IMG/VR virus record: IMGVR_UViG_3300042276_000826 | Length of the DNA stretch: 64,000 nt | Strand: one strand, 5' to 3' | Source of the DNA: an uncultured virus (IMG/VR IMGVR_UViG_3300042276_000826) | Lineage: Duplodnaviria; Heunggongvirae; Uroviricota; Caudoviricetes | Part shown: positions 51,885 to 62,800 of the stretch, piece after piece | How the letters are laid out: every line of letters starts with the position of its first letter | Numbering within the stretch: the first letter of the stretch is position 1 | Made by a program: the position numbers and the translations under genes | The notes under the pieces: model-generated | Database searches by the model: none | Told to the model about the DNA's origin: nothing | The model's input: the letters and a program-made list of their open reading frames with translations, nothing else

Positions 51885-53381
51885 GTGATTGAAATGAAAA
51901 AGCCCACCAATGCAGAAGTAATAGAGATTACAAAGCAAGAGTATATAGAGATGCTTGTTGCTGATTATGTGCCAACGGAAGGGGTAACAATTTCTTTAAA
52001 GAAGAAGTTTGATACTGCTTGTTGGTACTTCAACCGTAAGTTTAAAAAGCACTTTATCTACTTCGGTGATAAAGCAATGGACATGGTGGTTAAAAAGAGC
52101 AAACTTGGTACTGAGTATTTTGTTAAAACTCTTTTACATCACGAAATGGCCCATGCTTGTTTCACTTCAAGAGACCATAAGGGCTTGCAAGCTTGGCTAA
52201 AAGAAAATGGTGTTCCATTTACTCTTTATAACTTGTTTGAAGATGCTCGAATTGAGTACCTTTGGAGAGTGAAGACAGGAAGAGAATTTAAAAGCGATGA
52301 GTTTATCAATATTCCTGATATTAACAAAGACTCAAACGCAAACACCATGTTTTTTGTCTATTTAAGAAAAGATGGAAAGCACAGAAGCCGTTTAGCAAAA
52401 ATGAAACGTGTTCGTGAATATTATGAGCGAATTGTGGATTGTGCTACTTCGGAAGATATGCGGCCAATCATGCTTGAGTGGATGAAGGAGTTTCCAGAAA
52501 CTAAAGAGGAGTTGGACGATTTAAAATCTCAAGGTTTCCTTGATGATGATTTAGAAGACAACTCTGAATTAGAAGATGGCGGTGCTAAAGCACAAAAGCT
52601 TGATGAAAACTCAGAAGATATTGCAGGTGAAAAATCTGAGTATAAAGATGAGTTTTCAGAAAGAGATGAAGTAGAAGAGTTGTCAAATATTGATTATGAT
52701 TACTCTACTGCTGATACAGCTTGTATTTACAACAAAGGGCGTGAATATGAGTTTAATAAAGACTTGGGAAATAAACTTTTACCAATCATGGAAAAGATTT
52801 TCAAGTCTAAAAAAAGAAAGATATGCCAATCAAACCCAACAAATAGGGTGAATATAAGAAATTATATGAACTCACGGTTTGATAAGATGTATCGAAAAAA
52901 AGCAGTGGAAGCAAAGGCAAAAATGAAAATCAATTTAATTATTGATTGCTCTGGTTCAATGGAAGGAAAACCTATTGAACATGCAAGAACACTTGCCTAT
53001 ATGCTTTCATGTTTTGCACGAAAGGGTGTAGTCGATGGAAACATCATACTAACAGGTGCAGAAGAACGAAGCCATCAAACAATGACCTTAAAATTGCCAT
53101 TAAGCGATGAGGAAATATCTCATATTTATGCCTATGGTGATGCAGAAGGAATTGCAGGTACGGTTAATCTGACAAAAAAACTACTCAAGCATGCGGATTA
53201 CAATTTTTGTTTTACAGATGGGAATATCAGCGATAATCCTCTTTCAAACACAAAAGGTTTAAATCTTCTTGGGATGTATGTTGGTAGAGATGGTTACGAC
53301 ACCCTTTCAAAATGGTTTGAATTGTATCTTTCAAGAGAAACCTTAGAAGATTTAGTTCAAAAACTAATTATTAAATTATAA
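51885..53381 (+). CDS. vWA-domain protein with N-terminal HExxH (CobT-like partner)
   Basis: LHHEMAH, NLFEDARIE, acidic linker, IDCSGSM MIDAS motif, FTDG. Confidence 0.85.
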   Translation: MIEMKKPTNAEVIEITKQEYIEMLVADYVPTEGVTISLKKKFDTACWYFNRKFKKHFIYFGDKAMDMVVKKSKLGTEYFVKTLLHHEMAHACFTSRDHKGLQAWLKENGVPFTLYNLFEDARIEYLWRVKTGREFKSDEFINIPDINKDSNANTMFFVYLRKDGKHRSRLAKMKRVREYYERIVDCATSEDMRPIMLEWMKEFPETKEELDDLKSQGFLDDDLEDNSELEDGGAKAQKLDENSEDIAGEKSEYKDEFSERDEVEELSNIDYDYSTADTACIYNKGREYEFNKDLGNKLLPIMEKIFKSKKRKICQSNPTNRVNIRNYMNSRFDKMYRKKAVEAKAKMKINLIIDCSGSMEGKPIEHARTLAYMLSCFARKGVVDGNIILTGAEERSHQTMTLKLPLSDEEISHIYAYGDAEGIAGTVNLTKKLLKHADYNFCFTDGNISDNPLSNTKGLNLLGMYVGRDGYDTLSKWFELYLSRETLEDLVQKLIIKL

Positions 53382-53840
53382 AGGAGATCAACATGAAAGC
53401 AATTAAAGAAATTAAGGCAATGATTGAAATATCTGAATGTTCCATTGCCGATGTTTGGTTTAAAGAACCAATCAGTGTTAATGGCAAATTAACTGAATTT
53501 ATAGAGGTTGAAGCCATTAATATAAAAAAACAAGATGTTGTTTTTGCTCTTGCAAACACTAAAGAAAAAGTAATTATGAAAAAATCGTTTTTCAATAAAG
53601 TGTTTAAAAGCACAAACGACACAATTCCGTTTTAATTAAGGAGAAAAAAATGGAGAACAATTGTGCCGCATGGCAAAATAAAATCCTTTATGAAAGTTTG
53701 AAATATAACTTCATCAAGGAAGAGGAAGTTGACGAGGCAATTAAAATCCTTAGCAAATACAACAGCGAAGATGATTTTTTTTGTGATTGTTGTGATGCAA
53801 AAGGGTTGGCGTATATGCTTGCTCTAGCTTCTCAAATTTA

Positions 53841-53900
53841 GTTGCTCATAAGAGCTAACCCATTAAAGGGATATGAATTTATCCCTTTGGGGATAGTTCT
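53841..53900 (+). repeat. two-hairpin intergenic element, copy 2
   Basis: GTTGCTCATAAGAGCTAACCCA...stem...TGGGGATAG. Confidence 0.6.
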
Positions 53901-54688
53901 ATCTCTTAATATTTTTAGGAGATCAATATGAGACTTGATAAATTAGATAAAAAACTAAAAAGGGATTTTCTTGCAGCAATTGCGAATGACCCTAAGTTAG
54001 ATGCACAAGCTTTTTTAAATAGAGTTTGTAACTCAATCGAAAATAATGGCGTAGAGTTTACGGCTGAGATTTACGATTTAACCGAAGCTTTAGTTGAGGC
54101 TATAGCAGATGCTGAAAAATCTTCAATAACATTAATTGAAGTAAATGGCATCTTCATAGACACAAAAGAACAGTTCACGGCCGATGCAGCAGTAGGACAA
54201 TGGGATGGAGTGTCTAACGATGAACACATCTTTTATTGGTTTGATGACTTTGATATGGTTATAGGAGAACATCCAGACTTTATTATTACATCATACGGGG
54301 AGGTGTGAAATGTGTATGTATTGTGAGAAATCAGAAGAAAATGAGCATTTTGCTTGTGAAGTATGTGGCGTTGGCATGTGCGATGATTGCTATCATCAAG
54401 ATATAGATCATATTAACCATTATCATGAGATTTTGGAAAATTGTGATGATGATAGAGAAATAGAGCTAATCACTAAAGCTTGTGGTGGCACAGAACCTGC
54501 CTATATTTGCGAAAATTGTGTATATGAGATTTTAAACAATGGAAAATCTTAATCAATAAAAACGACTAATTGCAAATAAAACTGTTTTATCCTTTATGGG
54601 GTGCTTTTAATCCCATAAAGGGATAATAGTGCACTTTATTTTGGATTTTGATTTACTAGCCATTTGGCTTATTAATTAGGAGAATATA

Positions 54689-57028
54689 ATGAGTGCAAAC
54701 TTAATTAAAACACTAAAAAACAAGGGTGAGGACTTTGAGTTCTACCCTACTACAAAAGAAATATTGGAAGCAATGTATTGGGATTTGCTACCAACTAAAT
54801 ACGATGAGTCCTATTATCGTGCAAACGGTAAAAGATTTAGTATTTTAGATGTTGGTGCAGGCCAATGCAAGTTACTTTCTACCTTTGAAGAGATTGCCGA
54901 AGAGCAACCTCTTTTAAATAAGTGGCATTATCCAGAAATTGATAAAGCTGAATACTATGAAAGTTGCAAACTTAAAAAAGTAATCAGTTTAGAAGAGTAT
55001 GGGCGAAGATACAAGATTGAATTGGATAAAGATGGCTCAGTGCTTGAAGAAAATATTCATCTTGATCAATTAATGATTATGTTAAAAAATACAAAGATTG
55101 AGGATGTTGATTTAACTTCTCTTGATGAATTGTATTCTACGCATAGTGCCACAACGAACAAAGAACTTCTGTTGAATAAAATTAAGGAATATGAAATTCC
55201 AAAGAACTTCAGAAGTGAAAGAGAAAGAAATGCAAACCGCATTTTTGTCTCAAAATATATGGCTATTGAGAAAAGTCAAACATTGATTGACTCAATGCCA
55301 AATGAAGCGTTCGTTGTGGGAACTGATTTCCATGAAAATACGCTTCTTGATAAAGAAACGGATATTGTGTTTTGCAATCCCCCCTATAGTGAATATTCAC
55401 TGTGGGCTGAAAGGATTATAAAAGAAGCCAATGCAAAGCTTATCTATTTGGTTATTCCAAAAAGATGGGGAAAACAAGGAAATATAGCAGCAGCTATAAA
55501 AGCCAGAAGAGCAACGGTTTCAATTGTAGGAGATTTTAACTTTCTTCAAAGTGAAGACAGAAAAGCTCGTGCAAAAGTGTCATTAGTCAAAATCGACTTA
55601 ACAGGCAAAGCCTTTGAAAATTTAAGAGGCTATAAAATTAAGTCGGATGAAATAAGAGTTGACCCGTTTGATTTGTGGTTCAATGAAACCTTTAAAATCA
55701 ATGCGAAAAAAGAAGAGGAATACGACTATAAAATCCGTAAGCAAAAAGAAAAAAGCCACAAAGAAAAAGTGGAAAATGCTTTAGTAAACGGAAGTGATTT
55801 GGTCTCTTCTTTGGTTGAACTATACAATCAAGAATTAAATGCTCTTGTGTCTAACTACCAAAAGTTAGGCGAACTTGATGCAGATTTGCTAAAAGAACTC
55901 AATGTTGATATTGAAAGCTTATTGCAAGCTTTTAAAGAAAAAATATCGGGTTTAAAAAATCTGTACTGGCAAGAGATATTTAACAATCTTGATGCAATAA
56001 CTTCAAGGCTTACAAGCCGAACCCGTGAAAGCTTACTTAAAACCCTTACATCAAATACAAATATTGACTTTACAATAGGAAATGTTAGAAGTGTTGTAAT
56101 TTGGGTTATTAAGAATGCGGAATCATACTTTAACAGTCAAATGTTAGAGGTTTATGATGATTTCACTACGGGTGATGGTATCAACTTATATAAATCTAAT
56201 AAAAACTTCAACAATGACACTTGGCGTTATTGTAGAAGTAATAAAGATAGTCTTGGTAAGTATAGCCTTGATTATCGAATAGTTTGTCACGGATATAGAA
56301 GTGAGTATGGATATAGAGATGACTTTTCTTTATCGTATGCTCAACAACAATATGTACGTGATGTTGTAATCATCGCCAAAAACTTAGGTTTTACGGTTGA
56401 TGAATTCCGATACAACATGACTTTAAAAGACAAACACTATATCACTTTTAATCCTCATAGAAAAAAGCCATATAAAGTTGGAACAAAAACTTTAGATGGA
56501 AAAATTGAAGAGGTTTATTGCCAATCACATTTACCGAATGAAAACGGTGAAGACGTGATGGAAAAAGATGGTGTGCTTTATGTGTATCGAAAAGAACAAA
56601 AAAGTTCTTACTACCAATACAAGATTGATGGATATTACATCAATCATAGTGCGGTAAGAACTGAGAATGACATTCTTACTACTGTAAGAGGTCATGGGAA
56701 TGGCAACGTTCACTTTCAATTCAACAAAGAGTTTATTAAAAAATTCAATTTGGAAGTTGGACGAATTAGAGGTTGGATTAAAAACCCACAAGATGCGGCC
56801 AATGAGTTTGATATTAGCATTGAAGAGGCTAACGCTTATTGGAACACATCTTTTAAGGTGTTGCCTTCAACTCTTTCTAATTTGTTGCCTAATAATGAAA
56901 AAAAGGTTGACGAAACAGCGAATAAAAATATTGCTGAAAATGAATTAGCCTTAGAAAGTGAAGATGCTAATGAAGTGCTTTACGATAAAGAAGTAAAAGA
57001 GTGTTTTAAAAATGGAACGCTTTTTTAA
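54689..57028 (+). CDS. DUF4942-like DNA adenine methyltransferase
   Basis: DFEFYPT, ILDVGAGQ, FCNPPYS, C-terminal GNGNVHF. Confidence 0.8.
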   Translation: MSANLIKTLKNKGEDFEFYPTTKEILEAMYWDLLPTKYDESYYRANGKRFSILDVGAGQCKLLSTFEEIAEEQPLLNKWHYPEIDKAEYYESCKLKKVISLEEYGRRYKIELDKDGSVLEENIHLDQLMIMLKNTKIEDVDLTSLDELYSTHSATTNKELLLNKIKEYEIPKNFRSERERNANRIFVSKYMAIEKSQTLIDSMPNEAFVVGTDFHENTLLDKETDIVFCNPPYSEYSLWAERIIKEANAKLIYLVIPKRWGKQGNIAAAIKARRATVSIVGDFNFLQSEDRKARAKVSLVKIDLTGKAFENLRGYKIKSDEIRVDPFDLWFNETFKINAKKEEEYDYKIRKQKEKSHKEKVENALVNGSDLVSSLVELYNQELNALVSNYQKLGELDADLLKELNVDIESLLQAFKEKISGLKNLYWQEIFNNLDAITSRLTSRTRESLLKTLTSNTNIDFTIGNVRSVVIWVIKNAESYFNSQMLEVYDDFTTGDGINLYKSNKNFNNDTWRYCRSNKDSLGKYSLDYRIVCHGYRSEYGYRDDFSLSYAQQQYVRDVVIIAKNLGFTVDEFRYNMTLKDKHYITFNPHRKKPYKVGTKTLDGKIEEVYCQSHLPNENGEDVMEKDGVLYVYRKEQKSSYYQYKIDGYYINHSAVRTENDILTTVRGHGNGNVHFQFNKEFIKKFNLEVGRIRGWIKNPQDAANEFDISIEEANAYWNTSFKVLPSTLSNLLPNNEKKVDETANKNIAENELALESEDANEVLYDKEVKECFKNGTLF

Positions 57029-57122
57029 ATAAATTGTTGCCTAAAAGGGTATTTATTGCCCTTTTGGGTGATACTCTTTTGGTTAATTTTGCCTTATGGC
57101 GTACTAATTAAAGGAGTTTAAA

Positions 57123-57533
57123 ATGTATGTTGCAGAAAGTAAACCAATATACAATAATAAAAACAAGATAAGTAGTGCAAAAGATGTTTTTAATGAGGTT
57201 TCAGAACTTCAAAAAGAACAAAAAGAGCACTTTATAGCAATCTATTTAGATGGTGCAAATAGGGTTCTAAAAAAAGAGACCGTATCAGTAGGAACACTAA
57301 ATCAAAGCTTAGTGCATCCACGAGAGGTTTTTAGAACGGGAGTGATGTTAAATTGTGCAAGCATTATTGTTGTACATAATCACCCTAGCGGTGTTTGCAA
57401 AGCAAGCGAGGAAGACATTGTTGTCACACAACGCTTGCGTGAAGCAGGGAAAATACTAGGTATTGAACTGTTAGACCATCTCATTATTGTTGAAGACGGG
57501 TATCTGTCTTTAAAAGAAGAAATAGTTTTTTAA
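57123..57533 (+). CDS. radC: RadC-family JAB domain protein
   Basis: EHF, VHPREVF, HNHPSG...SEED, LLDHLI. Confidence 0.93.
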   Translation: MYVAESKPIYNNKNKISSAKDVFNEVSELQKEQKEHFIAIYLDGANRVLKKETVSVGTLNQSLVHPREVFRTGVMLNCASIIVVHNHPSGVCKASEEDIVVTQRLREAGKILGIELLDHLIIVEDGYLSLKEEIVF

Positions 57534-57551
57534 ATCAAAAGGAGATCAACA

Positions 57552-60500
57552 ATGAATGATTTAAACACAACAAATTTTACAGTTTCTTCGGTAGTAAGTT
57601 ATCCAAATAGAGATAATCGTTTCGGTAACAACAGTTATAGAGGAAACTGTACAGGCTTATTGATTAAAGATATGATTAATTTCTTTAAGCCAAAACTTTT
57701 TGTAGATGCTTGTGAGGGAAGCGGTACATCAAGAGATGTATGTAAAGCCTTGGGCATCAATTATGTAGGTTTAGACTTACGCTATGGCAATGACTTCACA
57801 AAGATGTCAATTGCAAAAGAGTTGCCACACTTAGCCGATTTGTGTTTTACACATCCTCCGTACCACGATATGATTAAATACAGTGGTCAACAGTGGAATA
57901 AAGGACAAGGTTTGGTTGAAGGTGACACATCACACTGCAAAAGTGTTGATGAATTTTTAGCGATGTCACAAGTAATGTTGTTAAATCAAAGAGAAGCCAC
58001 ACGAAATGGTGGAGTTTATGCTACTTGTGCGACTTGTTGAATAGTGAAAAGCTATTCTGCCAATAAGGTCATTAAATATATTGGCAAACTAATTTTTCGA
58101 TAAGTGGAATGATGGAGTAACGCCCTGAAACGCTTACACTGATACTACGGATAGCAAATTGTATCGCTAAATACGAAATGTTATAAGCCCGTTGAAGTCG
58201 GCTAAGAGCTACCCTAACACAAGAATTATCTTGATGAGGCAATGCGAACCAGAGGTGGTCGAGTAGTGATAGGTCGGGTGTCTATAAAATATCTATGATG
58301 AGAATGTGCATAAGCACTGACGAATTTCCGAATGTAAGGGTCTAAACATAAAATATACAGAAATGTATATACTACAAACTGTAGGGCATAAGTGGTAAAG
58401 TAAAAATGGGTTGTATGAAATACCATATAGTGTTAAAGGCACTATCAATATGCAGGCTCAAAGGAAACATCTAAGGATATATGCAAAGATAGAAAGATTG
58501 GAACAAGGAAAATTAGAGATATGGAGACTTAAGCGGTCTATGAAATATTAAGATATATAAATTCGCAAGATACTAAAATCTTTTAACTCTAATGAAAGCG
58601 AAGCCACTACCGTTATATTATACTGACTATATAATATTGAAAGAAATCTGTAATGGATTTGTTAGGAAAGGGCTTTAGTCAAAGTTTATTAAACAAATAA
58701 AACTAAATACAAATCAAAAGTTCGAGTAAGATTAAGAGAGAATTTCCTATAAGGAGTTCGATTTTGAATAATCAAAAGAATCTGAAAAGACAGAAATTAA
58801 GAAATAATGAATACTACCAAATGCAAGATATTCAAGATAGATTATATATGCAAAGTTCAAAAGGTACAAAATTCACTCATTTAATGGAAATCATTACAAG
58901 TGAAAACAATATCTTACTAGCATATAGAAATATTAAGAAAAACAGCGGTAGTAACACAAAAGGTGTAGATGGTAAAGACATTAGTCATTTGGCTAGTCTT
59001 GAACCTGAAACACTAATAAAATTAGTTCAAATCAAATTAAAAAACTACTTCCCTAACAAGGTGCGAAGAGTAGAAATACCAAAACCTGATGGGAAATTAA
59101 GACCATTGGGGATACCGACAATTATGGATAGACTAATACAACAGTGTATATTACAAGTATTAGAACCTATTTGTGAAGCTAAGTTTTACAAACATAGCTA
59201 TGGTTTTCGCCCTTTAAGAAGTACAAAACACGCAATTAGTAGGGCTAATTTCCTAGCCCAAAAGAACAATCTACATTATGTTGTAGATGTTGATATAAAA
59301 GGCTTCTTTGATAATATAAATCACGGAAAACTTATTAAACAACTGTGGACTTTGGGAATAAGAGATAAAGCATTAATTACAGTAATTTCAAAAATGTTAA
59401 AAGCAGAAATCGAAAATGTGGAAATACCCGATAAAGGTACACCACAAGGTGGAATATTATCTCCGCTCTTAGCTAATGTTGTTCTAAATGAATTCGACTG
59501 GTGGATTAACTCTCAATGGGAAAGTATTCCAACCAAAAAACAATACGCTAGTTATTCAAAAGACCCAAATGGGAAAAAATATCGAGCACTAAAAACAACA
59601 AATCTAAAAGAAGTATATATCGTAAGATACGCAGACGATTTTAAACTCTTTTGCAGAAATCACCAAGATGCAGTTAAACTCTTTGAAGCCTCTAAACAGT
59701 GGTTAAGAAATAGATTACATCTTGAAGTAAGCAAAGAAAAATCAAAAATTGTAAACTTACGAAAAAACTACTCTTACTTTCTAGGTATAAAATTTAAAGT
59801 ACACAAAAAAGGTAAGAAGAAAGATAAAAACACTAAGTGGGTGGTAAAATCCCACATTCAAGAAAAAGCTTTGAACAAAATGAAAGAAAATATTAGAAAA
59901 CATATCAAAAATATACAAAAATCAAAGGTAAATTTAAATCTATCAATAGATTTATATAACTCCTTTGTAATAGGAATACACAACTATTATAGTTGTGCTA
60001 CGAATTGTAATTTAGATATGGCAAAACTTTCTAATCAAACACGAACTAAAATCTTTGTAAGACTAAAAAGCAGAAGAATAAATAAATCAGATAAATTACC
60101 TGACTACATTAAAAAAGTATATGGTAGAAGTGAAATGTTAAGAATGTTAGGTGAAAAAGCAATTTTGCCACTTTCATATATTCAACACTCAAAGCTAATG
60201 AACTTTAGCCAAACCAATATCTATAATCCAATAGATAGAGAGAAAATTTACAACTCTCAAAAAGTTGCGGATAACAAGATAATCAGATATTTAATTGAAA
60301 ATCCTATTCAAGGACAATCAACTGAATATAATGACAATCGTATATCTCTATATATAGGACAATTAGGTAAATGTGCAGTAACTAAAGAAGAATTAGAAAT
60401 TGGAAATATGGAATGTCATCACATTCATCCAAGAAGCAAAGGTGGGCTAGATAGTTACAAAAATTTAGTATTAATTACTAAAGAAGTACATAAACTAATA

Positions 60501-61197
60501 CACTCAACACAATTGGAAACAATTAGCAAATATCTGAAATATATACCTACTGATAAAATTACCCTTGAAAAGCTAAATAAATTTAGAACTAAAGCTGGTA
60601 ATCTTGAAATTTGTCTATAAAGATTTAATTGATTAAGTATTTAAGTATAAAGTTAAATAAACTTTGATGGAACGCCGTGTGCGGTGAAAGTCGCACGCAC
60701 GGTGTGAAGCGGGGGAAAAGTTGGAGATAACATCAAATTCTTACCTATCGCTATTGATTGGCGACCAAAAAGTTGCAGGTGTGTGCAGCTCATATCAAGC
60801 GGATTTTATTAAAATGATGCCTAAAAATGAGCTTTTGAATGTTGTAATTAAAATGCAATATAACACACACAGTGCAAACATTCAATACTCAAATAGAAAT
60901 TTTATTCCTATTAGCCATGAGTATTTGATTCTTTGGAAAAAGAAAGCAGCTTCTATTTATCAAGTGGCTTTCAGTATTGCCAAAGAAGGACAAAAACAGA
61001 TTGCTAATACATGGCGAGCTGTTATAAGAATTGTGATGATGCAGTTTAATGGTTCAGTTTCATTAAATACAATTTATGATGAGGTTGAAAAAGTTGCATC
61101 TCACTTGATTGCAAAAAATGCAAACTACAAAGCAAAAATCAGACAAGTCTTGCAAAAACACCATACAAGTGTTGCAAGAGGCGTTTGGGCTGCGTAA
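57552..61197 (+). CDS. amino-DNA methyltransferase with C-terminal winged helix, split by a group II intron (exons 57552-58026 and 60755-61197; 305 aa spliced)
   Basis: DACEGSGT and THPPY in exon 1; junction restores GVYAT-L-IGDQK in frame; HEYL in exon 2. Confidence 0.88.
58027..60754 (+). mobile_element. group II intron
   Basis: 5' GTGCG at 58027; domain V GAACGCCGTGTGCGGTGAAAGTCGCACGCACGGTG ~60670-60705; domain VI ending CCTATCGCTAT at 60754. Confidence 0.95.
58764..60620 (+). CDS. ltrA: group II intron RT/maturase/HNH endonuclease
   Basis: RPLGIPTIMDR, GTPQGGILSPLL, RYADDF, C-terminal CHHIHP...GG...YKNL..HKLIH. Confidence 0.95.
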   Translation: MNNQKNLKRQKLRNNEYYQMQDIQDRLYMQSSKGTKFTHLMEIITSENNILLAYRNIKKNSGSNTKGVDGKDISHLASLEPETLIKLVQIKLKNYFPNKVRRVEIPKPDGKLRPLGIPTIMDRLIQQCILQVLEPICEAKFYKHSYGFRPLRSTKHAISRANFLAQKNNLHYVVDVDIKGFFDNINHGKLIKQLWTLGIRDKALITVISKMLKAEIENVEIPDKGTPQGGILSPLLANVVLNEFDWWINSQWESIPTKKQYASYSKDPNGKKYRALKTTNLKEVYIVRYADDFKLFCRNHQDAVKLFEASKQWLRNRLHLEVSKEKSKIVNLRKNYSYFLGIKFKVHKKGKKKDKNTKWVVKSHIQEKALNKMKENIRKHIKNIQKSKVNLNLSIDLYNSFVIGIHNYYSCATNCNLDMAKLSNQTRTKIFVRLKSRRINKSDKLPDYIKKVYGRSEMLRMLGEKAILPLSYIQHSKLMNFSQTNIYNPIDREKIYNSQKVADNKIIRYLIENPIQGQSTEYNDNRISLYIGQLGKCAVTKEELEIGNMECHHIHPRSKGGLDSYKNLVLITKEVHKLIHSTQLETISKYLKYIPTDKITLEKLNKFRTKAGNLEICL

Positions 61198-62085
61198 GGA
61201 GTTTATCATGTTGTTAAAACTTAAACTCATTACAGGAACTATTGCATTGGCTGCAATTGTTGCATTTAGCTCAAAGCTATATGTAGAAAAAATTGCATCA
61301 AATAATCTTGGGCCAAAAATAACCCAATTGATTTTGAATGCACAAAGATAGGAGTTTAAAATGAATTTCTATCTTACAAACAAAAAAATATGTAAACTAG
61401 AGAAAATAGCAAAAAGAGATGAGTTATACATGCACATGTATGCAAATTCTCTTAAAGAGCTATTTAAGCTCAAAGATAAGTTCTTTGAGCTTAAACACTC
61501 AATTTACGAAAAAATTGTTGACAACAGGAGGTTTTCTGTTGTCTTTATAAACAAAAAAGAGGTTGTCTTGTCAAAACCAATGTATAGAGTTTTTTTTGAG
61601 CAACCTAAGGAAAAAGAAATTAAATACAAAGAGGATAAACATACATCCTCTTTATTTTAATTAAATAGTTTTACTCCATAGTTGGAGTTTCAACCTATAA
61701 AGGTTTTAGAAGCTCCACTATGGGGTTTTCTATACCTTTTTACAATAAAAGGAAAAAAGATGAAATTATTAAGAAGAGATGTTCAAGACATCTATATTCA
61801 AATAGACTCAATAGGAGGATTGGATAAACCAATCGAAGCAAGAGTATTTAAAAATAATCAAGAGGTTCATAATGAGCCTTTGGTTTTTAAAACAAATTCA
61901 AGTTTTATCAAGGCTTTAAAAAAGCTTGATGGCTTTGAGTTTGAAAATGCCCTTAATGGCATCATTGGTTTTAGAAAAATTGCCGATGAAAACAATTATT
62001 ATCATATTCAACTTTTAGTATTTGAAGGTGTTGAGTATGCAACGTCAATAGAATTGAACTAACATTTAATTCTATTTCAAAAACA

Positions 62086-62182
62086 GTTGCTCATTTGAGC
62101 CAACCCAATAGGGGGTACAATTAGTCACTGCCCTATGGGTAGGTGTATGCTCTTTTTTTTACATATCAAAGGAAATATTATG
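62086..62182 (+). repeat. two-hairpin intergenic element plus RBS leader, copy 3
   Basis: Similar to 62708-62800 over ~95 nt including agtcactg and TATCAAAGGA.ATATTATG. Confidence 0.65.
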
Positions 62183-62632
62183 TTTATAGAGCTAAGAAAA
62201 AAAAACGAGATTGAAAAAAAAGAAGAGGAGATTTTAAGAAAACAAAAGGAAAAAAGCGACTACGATTCGTTCATAGCCGCAATCCCTAAGAATTTTGTGA
62301 TGCATCTAATGCATCCAATGCACATAGGCGAGGAGTGTACACCTCCAAACCTAAAAAAAGCCCTTATTAATGAGGGGGAAGTAAGTATCAAGAAGATGGT
62401 GTTTTACTTCAAAGGTGAGCATCCTGAGATGCTTAATGGAAGCATATCCACCAGCTATGATGCATTGGGGTCTCTTCCTGTGTATGAAAAATACGCCAAA
62501 GTTGTTCTCAATTCGGAGAACAAAGAGATCATTGAAAAAACAGTAGCATTAATCCATGAAAGTAATATTGGATTAAGTGCAGTTTATGATGAGTTGACAA
62601 CACTGACAATTAAAGTGAAGTCAACCCACTAG
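62180..62632 (+). CDS. hypothetical protein
   Basis: Likely start MFIELRKK at 62180 after an RBS. Confidence 0.6.
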   Translation: MFIELRKKNEIEKKEEEILRKQKEKSDYDSFIAAIPKNFVMHLMHPMHIGEECTPPNLKKALINEGEVSIKKMVFYFKGEHPEMLNGSISTSYDALGSLPVYEKYAKVVLNSENKEIIEKTVALIHESNIGLSAVYDELTTLTIKVKSTH

Positions 62633-62707
62633 GGCATATATGTTGAGTATGGATATACCGTACAAGGCATCATTGTTCTAATGCAAGAATATTTCGACAA
62701 AAAATAA

Positions 62708-62800
62708 GTTGCTCATAAAGAGCCAATCCACAAGGATACACAAAAGTCACTGTCCTTGCGGATAGGTGTGTCCTTTTTATATATCAAAGGAGATATTATG
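62708..62800 (+). repeat. two-hairpin intergenic element plus RBS leader, copy 4
   Basis: GTTGCTCATAAAGAGCCAATCCA...stem...GGATAGG. Confidence 0.65.

Noticed and set aside
58764..60620. Retron, DGR or defence-associated RT
   Set aside because: Full group II intron hallmarks: GTGCG start, domains V/VI, maturase plus HNH, clean exon junction
60721..60756. Independent 158-aa ORF starting at 60721, and stop of 57552-58040
   Set aside because: Artefacts of intron sequence; both are exons of one methyltransferase gene
53841..62773. Integron attC sites for the two-hairpin repeats
   Set aside because: They lack the GTTRRRY right core, are not present after each gene, and no integron integrase is in the window
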